A stretch of 64,000 nucleotides of DNA, taken from assembly GCA_964016885.1 (NCBI GenBank), contig OZ024741.1, positions 266,414,001-266,478,000 on the forward strand, in the 5' to 3' direction. The notes under the pieces are model-generated. The model saw only the letters and a list, made by a program, of their open reading frames with translations, ran no database searches and was not told the origin of the DNA. Within the stretch, counting starts at the first letter, position 1. Every line of letters begins with the position of its first letter. This stretch comes from Eledone cirrhosa. Its lineage: Eukaryota. Below, piece by piece: positions 26,736 to 36,043 of the stretch. Made by a program: the position numbers and the translations under genes.

Positions 26736-27074
26736 ATTTCTGTAGAGACACATATTGCTGTTACATCAAGGTCACATACACACACATACACACACAAACA
26801 CACACACACATATACCCACACCCTCACACACACACACACACACACACACATGTATATATTCCTGTAGAGACATATACTGCTGTGACATCATGATCACACA
26901 CATACACAGAGAGCGACACATGCACATATACACACACTCACACAGATATGCACAAACACGCACACATATACACAGACACACACGATGCACACACACACAC
27001 ATATATATATACGAAGTATTTCCGTAGGAAAGGTAAAGGAAAAGAGAGTGCTCTATGTAGGCTACAGAGCTATT

Positions 27075-27338
27075 TAGTTATGTAATAAACAACATAAGAT
27101 AATTAATTCATTTACCAGTGGTTTCTTGAAGACAGATATTTATATCTGTCTTCAGATGTCAGAATGAATAACAGTATGTTTATTAAATATGGATCTGAAA
27201 ACAAAATTTAGGGAATATTCCCTAAATTTTGTTTTCAAATCCATATTTAATAAACATACTGTTATTCATTCTGATATCTGTCTTCAAGAAACCACTGGTA
27301 AATGAATTAATTATCCTATGTTGTTTATTACATAACTA
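27075..27338. repeat. Spacer-less DNA palindrome with hammerhead-like motifs in the arms
   Basis: Centre gggaat|attccc (27216/27217); arms 142 and 122 bp; the right arm lacks 20 nt. Confidence 0.9.
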
Positions 27339-28642
27339 TATATATATCATCCTCATCATCGTTTATCGTCCACACTTGCATGGGTTTGGACGGAAATATA
27401 TATATATATACACATTATCTTCCCCTCTCTTTCAAACCCTCACCCACATAAATATTAAATATTTATATTAAATACTGAAGAAACACAAAAGTAATCTAAA
27501 ATATGTGGGATATGGTCAGACAATATGTCTTAGTTGCACCCCAAGAGGTAACAAAATGGTGCTAAACACACACACAGCCACATGCGCACACAGTTACACA
27601 TTCTCCCATGTCCACACACACACATCTCCATGCACACATACATGCTCACATGTCCATACACACACACCCACAGACATTTATAAATACTCACAAACACACA
27701 TCTCCATACACACACAAATACATACTCACACACGGACGCATGCTCACATTTACACACACATACATCCACCCACACACACATGTGCACATATTATTTAACC
27801 CCCCCCCCCCCTCCCTTCTCTCCCAAATCCCCACTCTACACATGCACACATGCTTCCTTACACATACACATGTACGCGTATGATTTATCCCCCCTCTCTC
27901 TCTCTTCCAAATCCCCACTCTACACATACACACACACATACATACATTATAACAATCACACCCTTTCTCTCTCCCCTCTCTCTCTTCCAGCCCCCACTCC
28001 ACACAAACAACATGATCAGGAAATATCAGTTACCTCACACATTTACATGGTCTGAGGGACATGAAGTTTTATGACTGGTGCCCCTCACTGGAAAACCACT
28101 GAACCATAAAGTGTGTAAGGGTGACCTATATTTTAACACATTTAACCCTTTTCTACAACGTAAACCTATTCAGTTTTAAATTGTTTATCGAAAAACTTTC
28201 CATCGTAATTTTATATAAGAAACTTTGTTATGTTCCATACACAATCTTAATACTGAGTTAATTATTAAATCTATCCAAATTATCGATTATTTTCTCAAAT
28301 TATTAAAGAATCACAGGTAGTGACTTTTATTAGAAATATGGTAATAAAAGGGTTAAACACAAGGCAGTCTTTCATTAGAAATATGATAATGAAATTGTTA
28401 AACATAAGCAGTGTCTTTCTTTAGAAATACGATAATGAAAGGGTTCATATTAAGCTGTCCAAAAACAGCTATGTTTCTGTGAAATAACCCCCTCCCATTT
28501 TTAAAGGTTCCCATTAAAATTAAAATCCTTCAACATAATATTATTTAAGAACCTTCTGTTATGTTTGATAACAAATACCATCTTAATAATGCTATAATAA
28601 TTTTAGTAAATCATTAACTATTCCTAACTAAATAATTAAAAT

Positions 28643-29235
28643 ATACTGTAAAGTGAACTTGTAGGTGTTACGACAAAAAAGAACCCAATCCACACTGTAT
28701 AGTGGTTGTGTAGGTGTCAAGACAAAAAGTACTCAGTCCACACTGTAAAGTGGTCATGTAGGTCACAACAAAAAGCACCCAGCCCACACTGTAAAGTAGT
28801 CGTGTAGGCGACAATAAAAAACACCCAGTACTCACTGTAAAGTGGTCGTGTAGGTGTTAGAAGAAAAAGCACCCAGTCCACACTGTAAAGTGGTCGTGTA
28901 GGCGACACAGCAAAAAGCACCCAGTCCACACCGTAAAGTGGTCGTGTAGGCGACACAATAAAAACACCCAGTACTCACTGTAAAGTGGTCGTGTAGGTGT
29001 CACAACAAAAAGCACCCAGCCCACACTGTAAAGTGGTCGTGTAGGCGATAATAAAAAACACCCAGTACTCACTGTAAATGAGGTTGGCATTAGGAAGAGC
29101 ATCCTTCTGTAGAAACCAAGCCAAAATGATTTCTGTATGAGCAAGACATGGTCACCTGACCTAACATTGCCCACAACAGGACAACTTGTCTAACCCATGC
29201 TAGAGGGAAATAATGGACGTAAAATGGTGATGATA
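28643..29235 (+). mobile_element. RTE 3' UTR fragment with its ~47-bp internal unit expanded to about 9 copies
   Basis: cactgtaaagtggtcgtgtagg..aaaaaagcacccag repeated, followed by the standard UTR end ggacgtaaaatggtgatgat. Confidence 0.85.
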
Positions 29236-29589
29236 AATGCCAAGAAGAAAAAAGGGCTGTTTAGTTGTGTCAGGTACATAATAATCTCTCTAATGCTGGT
29301 GATCTACACAATAAACATACATAGTGCACTCTGTAAAGTTGTTAGTGATAGGGAAGTCATCAGCCATAGGAAACCTGCCAAACAATGTGTCTGGAGAACT
29401 TTTCAGCTGTGTAAAAGACATTACAACCCTCCTTAATGCTTGTTCCACAATAATATGCACTTGGTAGGTTATAGGAACATATGTATATGAGATGCAGGCC
29501 CCTAAGTTTAAATACTCAAGATGTGCTATATGTCCTTGTCAACACCCCTATGACTTCTGCAGGGGTTAAGGGCCCATAGTTATGTATAT

Positions 29590-31050
29590 ATCTAGGGCGG
29601 GTAAAATTCCCGAGATCCATGGACGAGTTCTCTCCAGCGGTCTCTGTCCCTCATTATCGCTGCCATGTCCTGCGTCTCCAACAGATTAGTGTCTGCCCTT
29701 AGGGCATCAACATACGTTAACCTCGGTCTTCCTCTTCCAGTGTGTCCATGTAGGGGCTCCCACAGGAGCACTGAGTGCAATGTCAGCTCTGGATGTCGGT
29801 GAGCATGTCCGGCTACAGTCTCCTCTGAGTCACTTTTGAGCTGACTTTTGGGAGGCTCCCATACAGCTCTGAGTTTTTCATCCTCAGTAAATACTGATTA
29901 ATGTTCAGAGCCATCCTCAGCATTCTCGTGTAACACCCGTCCACCATCTGAGTGCGTTTCTTGGTCAGTGTGCAAGTCTCAGACCTGTACAGCAGCACAG
30001 ACTCCACTACAGCAATGAAGAGGCGGATTTTCAGGTCTTTACGAAGGTCCGACATCCACACCGATCTCAAGCTGTGGCACGCCGCCCAGGCTTTGCTCTT
30101 CCTCTCAACCACATCATCTACCGTATTCCCAATCTTTGCTCCCAAATACAGGAAGTCCTCAACCAATTCTAGCGGCTTCCCGCCTACATTAGTGATCCCT
30201 TTTGGCTTCTCAACATTCTTTACCAGATATTTTGTTTTAGTCCCATTCATTCTCAGCCCCACACTCATCGACACAGTCTCAACCTCCTGCATCAAATCCT
30301 CTGCCTCCTTCACTGTATTTGTCACCAAAACTATGTCGTCGGCAAATTTAGCATCTGATACACACACTTACACCTCTCCAAGACAATGTCACTCACACAC
30401 TTACACCTCTCCAAGACAATGTCACTGGACCGAGACCTTTGGCGGTACTCAGTAACAGAGAAGACCCGCCTTGCCAGTAGGCATCTCTAACAAAATACAC
30501 CCCGTCCCACCACCACCACCCCCACCCCATCCACACCACCCCGTCCTATGTAAAGTTATGTTGGTGCCGCGCCATCCGGGCCGAAACAAATGAGATCGTG
30601 TAGGTGTCACGACAAAAAAACACACAGTCCACGCTGTAATGTGGCCGTGTAGGCAACACGGTAAAAACCTCCCAGACCCACACTGTAAATGTGGTTGGTG
30701 TTAGGAAGGGCATCCAACTGTAGAAAACCTGCCAGACAGTCCTATGCGAACAAGACAATCACTCTTGCCTCAAGTGGGACTACCCCCGTCCAAACCCATG
30801 CAAGCGTGGAACACGGACGTTAAACGTTGATGATGATGATGATGATGATGATATCTTTTTCGCCTTAACTCTCCTGCTCTGAGCCGGTGTTACAGTAAAG
30901 CCAGAGTCCTGGTGTTTCCAGTGCAAGGCGCATACAATAGTCCACTACGATGATAAAAAGGTAGGGAGCCAATGTATCTCCCTGGAGCATTCCAGCCAGT
31001 ATCTCAAAGAACTCTGTCATCCCATCAGGTGTAATGACTCGGGCTTATGT
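29590..31050 (-). mobile_element. Degenerate RTE/RTE-X-like LINE RT-to-3' fragment, split by a later RTE insertion
   Basis: ARVITPDG.TEFFEILAGMLQGDTLAPYLFIIVVDY (about 30950-31045) and SDAKFADDIVL..FLYLG..ESVLLY..DGCYTRMLR..LLWEPLHG..RGRP. Confidence 0.9.
30361..30853 (+). mobile_element. RTE 3'-end fragment inserted in the RTE-X-like copy
   Basis: Matches the ORF end and UTR of the 19605 and 36044 copies; tgata on both flanks; 33-bp duplication at its 5' end. Confidence 0.85.
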
Positions 31051-32018
31051 GTATATGGTATAGGTAAAATCTGGAAAAACACTGCTATTTCTGTCCATAG
31101 TAGACAACCTCTCAACTATGGAATACCAGCAAAGGATTCAAACGTGTCTGAGTGGTTAAGAAATTTTTTTCCCAATCATGAGTTTCAATTCCAAGTTCAA
31201 TCCCGCTCTGAGTCTTCTTGGGCAAGTATCTTTATCATATAGTTATCCCAAGCCTTGCAAGTGCAATTGGGAAGATGGAAACTGGTTGGAGACTTGTTGG
31301 ATGGACTTTAGTTGTAATTAAACAGTCCAGGAGTGCTGTCAGGCAGGACCCACCCCAACTTAAGGATTAATTGTGTCCTGCATAATCAAAAACTGGATGA
31401 TGATAATGAATTGTGTTGAGAGTACATGTTAATTTATGAGTTGGGTGCCCAGGTAATCATATTGTTGAATTCTCATTGTTGAAATAATAAAAGGTACATT
31501 ATTGGCAAAGAAGGAACATACTTTGTTGAACTATATCTACGGGGTCAGACACTTACAACAAAGATCTATATTAAAAAAGGGGACATGTTTTATCAAACTA
31601 CATAGACAGGGTCAGATATTTATTTAGATTCAACTTTATCTTCATGATACCCCAGATTTTCCACCCTCAAAGGTTGAGTGTTGATTGAGTCATGAGAAAT
31701 ACATGAATGACTAACTATGAAGTAGTGCTGATTAACTGAACAAACACAGTCATATACACATGCAATCATACATACGCACACATGCAGTCATATATACACA
31801 CATAGATGCATTCACACATACACACACATGCATCCACACATAGATATAAATATCCCATTTATATTTGTGTTTCAGAAACTATGTTGCATATGTGTTCAAT
31901 AAGTAAATAAATATATATATATATGCATTCACGTGTGTGTGTGGCACACACACATATATACATACATATATATATGTATATATCTGTGTATGTATGTATA
32001 CATTGTGTGCGTGTGTGC

Positions 32019-32019
<1 letters not shown>

Positions 32020-32052
<33 letters not shown>

Positions 32053-32101
32053 ATATATTATATATATATATATGTTATATATATATATATATTATATATA
32101 T

Positions 32102-32133
<32 letters not shown>

Positions 32134-32245
32134 ATTATATATATATATTATATATATATATTATATATATATATATTATATATATATATATTATATATTA
32201 TATATATATATTATATATAAATATATTATATATAAATATATTATA
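32020..32245. repeat. Interrupted (TA)n/(TAT) microsatellite
   Basis: Low-complexity A/T run. Confidence 0.95.
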
Positions 32246-32249
32246 TCAA

Positions 32250-32591
32250 CATCATTCATCATCATTTCATTTTACGTCCGCTTTTCCCTGCTTGCAAGGG
32301 TGGGACGGGAACTGATTCTGGCTTGATTTCTACAGCTGGATGCCCTTCCTAACACCAACCTCATTTACAGTGAGTGCTGGGTGCTTTTTTGCTGTGGCAC
32401 CTCCACGACCACTTTGCAGTGGAATGATAGGGACCCCAGTCCTATCATCTCATTTCTACAGCTGAGTAAACTGGAGCAATGTGAAATAAAGTGTCTTGCT
32501 CAAGGAAACAACACATCACCCGGTCTGAGAATTGAACTCACAACCTTTCGATTGCAAGGCCAATGCTCTAACCACTAAGCCATGTGCCTCC
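32250..32591 (-). mobile_element. SINE family A, full length
   Basis: Reverse complement of the consensus. Confidence 0.9.
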
Positions 32592-32629
32592 ATATATATA
32601 TATATTATATATATATTATATATATATAT

Positions 32630-32660
<31 letters not shown>

Positions 32661-32741
32661 ATATACATATATTATATATATACATATATTATATATATAT
32701 ATATATTATATATATATATATATGTATATGGCACATGTAAT

Positions 32742-33024
32742 GGAGGCACATGGCTTAGTGGTTAGAGCATTGGTCTTGCAATCGAAAGGTTGTGAGTTCA
32801 ATTCTCAGACCAGGTGATGTGTTGTTTCCTTGAGCAAGACACTTTATTTCACATTGCTCCAGTTTACTCAGCTGCAGGTGCCACAGCAAAAAAACACCCA
32901 GCACTCACTGTAAATGAGGTTGGTGTTAGAAGGGTATCCAGCTGTAGAAATCAAGCCAGAATCAGTTCCTGTCCCACCCTTGCAAGCAGGGAAAAAGCGG
33001 ACGTAAAATGAAATGATGATGATG
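32742..33024 (+). mobile_element. SINE family A with the internal hairpin region deleted
   Basis: cagctg joined directly to caggtgccac. Confidence 0.9.
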
Positions 33025-33223
33025 AATCTCTCTTTCTCTCTCACTCTCTTTGTATGTAATTTTATTTATAAATCTGTGTTTATATAGTGATCTATCAAAC
33101 TTATCCACTATACATATATATATATACATACACACACACACATATATAAAAATTAGTCATATACATTACATCTCAATGAATAATATCACTTAAAGTTAAA
33201 ATTAACTTTGTTTATTCATAATC

Positions 33224-33282
33224 GCTGTTATATATATTTTGGTGGTAACTGTTATGCAACAGCTATGACCTCATCAGACAGC
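33224..33282 (-). ncRNA. Type I hammerhead motif (decayed, GAAA changed to AAAA)
   Basis: Minus strand reads gctgt CTGATGA ggt..tagctgtt gcat aacagtta..acc AAAA TATATATA acagc; helix I gctgt/acagc. Confidence 0.6.
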
Positions 33283-33397
33283 ACCAATACCTTGAGAAAG
33301 CAACACCAAATTTCAGCACGGAGCATATCAATAAATTGAAATAACAGATATGAGCTTCATTTCATCATTGTTTTTCTGTTTTTTTGTTCAAGTTCTA

Positions 33398-33456
33398 GCT
33401 CTCTGATGAGATCATAGCTTTTGTATAACGGTTGTCCCTGAAATATATATAACAGC
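33398..33456 (+). ncRNA. Type I hammerhead motif (inverted partner copy)
   Basis: gctct CTGATGA gatcatagc...gttgtccct GAAA TATATATA acagc; palindromic helix III; helices I and II partly eroded. Confidence 0.6.
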
Positions 33457-33823
33457 AACTATGAATAAACAAAGTTAATTTTAACCTGTTGACTTATACT
33501 TCATGTTTATAATTATACGCCGGAGTGAACAGACCCACCTGCGCACTTCGTCGAGTGTTCTATCCTGCATACTGAAGTGTCGGTGATTAACTACACATAC
33601 TCAAATTAATATTATATATATATATTTAAGATGGCTGAGGTTTTGCTGTTTCGACAGAAAATTCCAGTCTGGAATTTGCTGTCAAAATGGTGAGATGCCA
33701 GCCATCAGGCCCTGACTCTCAAATATATTTACACTTTACTATCCCAAGTATCAAGTCCTCTACTGAATAATGGTCTAACTAGTTTAAAACAGGTAATTCT
33801 AATCTCTCCCTATATATATATAT

Positions 33824-34124
33824 ATCATCATCATCATCATTTCATTTTACGTCCGCTTTTTCCCTGCTGGCAAGGGTGGGACAGGAACTGATTCTGGCTT
33901 GATTTCTACAGCTGGATGCCCTTCCTAACACCAACCTCATTTTACAGTGAGTGCTGGGTGCTTTTTTGGCATGGCACCTCCACGACCACTTTGCAGTGGA
34001 ATGATAGGGACCCCAGCTGAGTAAACTGGAGCAATGTGAAATAAAGTGTCTTGCTCAAGGAAACAACACATCACCCGGTCTGAGAATTGAACTCACAACC
34101 TTTCAATTGCAAGGCTGATGCTCT
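33824..34124 (-). mobile_element. SINE family A, head truncated at the junction with the 557-bp HHR element
   Basis: The sequence breaks at gctctaa, where ccactaagcca is expected. Confidence 0.85.
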
Positions 34125-34917
34125 AAATACGTCCAGGAATCATGGCCGTTGCCAATATAATCTTGTCTTTATTGACTTGTATCGAGACAGACAAATTGTA
34201 TTCACTTTTATTAGTTTATTTCATTCATAGCTAACTTTGTCTGTTGCAATGTAAACACATTTCGTGTTTATCATATACTTTAAATGTATTAACTGCTCGG
34301 AAGAGCCCCTTCCTGGAGCTTAATTATTGTAAACGACTGAGATTTTATTCTCAAAATATAATATAATGTATAGCTCCTTTATTGTAAGAGCTGATCCTTA
34401 ATCCTGCATAAGCGGCTGTTATTTCTAGCACCGTGAATGTGGGATAGCTAGTTTTGGCCTGCCTACCCATGTGTAGTCAGACCTGCAAAATTTTTGATGT
34501 GAGATAGACTAATCTTACTGGATTCCTGTTGATAAGCACAGAAGATTTGGACATTTCACTCTTTTATTTCTATTCCATTTCGATTCTCTTTATTTTTCAA
34601 TTCACATTCCACCGTTGCGAAACTTATTTTGGGTTTCGAGGTTCAAATTCGTCTACAGAACAGGTTTGAATTTTGAAATTTAAATATGTCCAGGAATCAT
34701 GGCCGTTGCCAATATAATCTTGTCTTTATTGACTTGTATCGAGACAGACAAATTGTATTCACTTTTATTAGTTTATTTCATTAATAGCTAACTTTGTCTG
34801 TTGCAATGTAAACACATTTCGTGTTTATCATATACTTTAAATGTATTAACTGCTCGGAAGAGCCCCTTCCTGGAGCTTAATTATTGTAAACGACTGAGAG
34901 TTTATTCTCAAAATATA

Positions 34918-34924
<7 letters not shown>
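34124..34924 (+). mobile_element. Non-coding HHR-bearing element 1 (retrozyme/Penelope-like): 557-bp period with 244-bp terminal direct repeats
   Basis: 34124-34367 is nearly identical to 34681-34924; HHR at 34521-34698; no ORF; 3' end abuts (TA)n. Confidence 0.7.
34521..34698 (+). ncRNA. Type I hammerhead ribozyme, U3-A8 core variant, extended helix III
   Basis: Helix I gattcctg/caggaatc (8 bp); core TTGATAA; helix II gca/tgc; GAAA 34619-34622; helix III 22 contiguous pairs (34628-34649 / 34663-34684, 8 G.U); GTC triplet 34688-34690. Confidence 0.7.
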
Positions 34925-34973
<49 letters not shown>

Positions 34974-34974
<1 letters not shown>

Positions 34975-35685
34975 GTTAATATGTCCAAGGATACTAAGTA
35001 CCCCTAGAAATACATAGGCTGTCTATGATTCAAGGTTGTTCAATGGTATTAATTTGATATACCAGAACTTTAATATTAAGATAAGCAGAACAAGTAAAAT
35101 TCAACCAATTTTTTAAAATAAATAAAAAAATATAATATGAATATTTACCTCTTCTAATGGCCCTTACTGATCAGTTTCGCTTTGTAAAACCCCTGAAAAC
35201 CGTGGATATCTGATGGAAAGCCAAAGCTCATCAGAGAAGCATTTTCCTTTCCTAGGGCTAAAAGACCCAGGAACGATAAAATATATGACCTCCTGCCAGC
35301 TAACACAGGTCTGAAAGGTCGTAAAGTGACCCGTATGTAAACTGGTCCAAAGTAAAAGCGGGAAACCACAGACTTGCTGTTTATAATTACTACTACAAAA
35401 AATAGCAGCTAAATAGAACAACAGATTTGTTCTCTACATAACGGAGAATAATGAATGAAGTTAATATGTCCAAGGATACTAAGTACCCCTAGAAATACAT
35501 AGGTTGTCTATTATTCAAGGTTGTTCAATGGTATTAATTTTATATACCAGAACTTTAATATCAAGATAAGCAGAACAAGTAAAATTCAACTAATTTTTTA
35601 AAATAAATAAAAAAATATAATATAAATATTTACCTCTTCTAATTTATTTTAAAAAATTGTTTGAATTTTACTTGTTCTGCTTAAC

Positions 35686-35690
<5 letters not shown>
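34974..35690 (-). mobile_element. Non-coding HHR-bearing element 2 (retrozyme/Penelope-like): 485-bp period, 185-bp terminal direct repeats, short inverted end
   Basis: 34974-35158 matches 35459-35643; 35642-35690 is an inverted copy of 35558-35608; HHR at 35156-35243. Confidence 0.7.
35156..35243 (-). ncRNA. Type I hammerhead ribozyme with intact core
   Basis: Minus strand reads aatgcttct CTGATGA gctttg...caaagc GAAA CTGATCAG TA agggccatt; helix II 6 bp, palindromic helix III, GUA cleavage triplet, helix I 8 of 9 pairs. Confidence 0.8.
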
Positions 35691-35721
<31 letters not shown>

Positions 35722-35909
35722 ATGAAATACCAATGATCGTTGGCAAATCACTGATGAGGGACTCATTTTATAATATGTAATCCATGTGCAACCATGCAGT
35801 ATTCTTCTCCCCATGTTTTTCATATATATATATATATAACGAAGTGGTAAGGAACCAGGTGGACCATAACGCACCAAAGTACTCAATACTTAGGGTAGTA
35901 GAGTGGGTA

Positions 35910-36028
35910 ATAGGAACGAGTAGGACCCCGACAGCTGAGCTCAAGCCGTTTCGCCGGCTAATTCTGGACTCCAGAATTAGCCGTCGAAACGGCTTGAGCT
36001 CAGCCGTCGGGGTCCTACTCGTTCCTAT
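35910..36028. repeat. GC-rich 119-bp palindrome (58-bp arms, 2 mismatches, 3-nt loop)
   Basis: ataggaacgagtaggaccccgac...gtcggggtcctactcgttcctat. Confidence 0.95.
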
Positions 36029-36043
36029 ATATATATATATAAA

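Noticed and set aside
35720-35790. CTGATGA near GAAA as a further hammerhead
   Set aside because: I could not build helices I-III around the core
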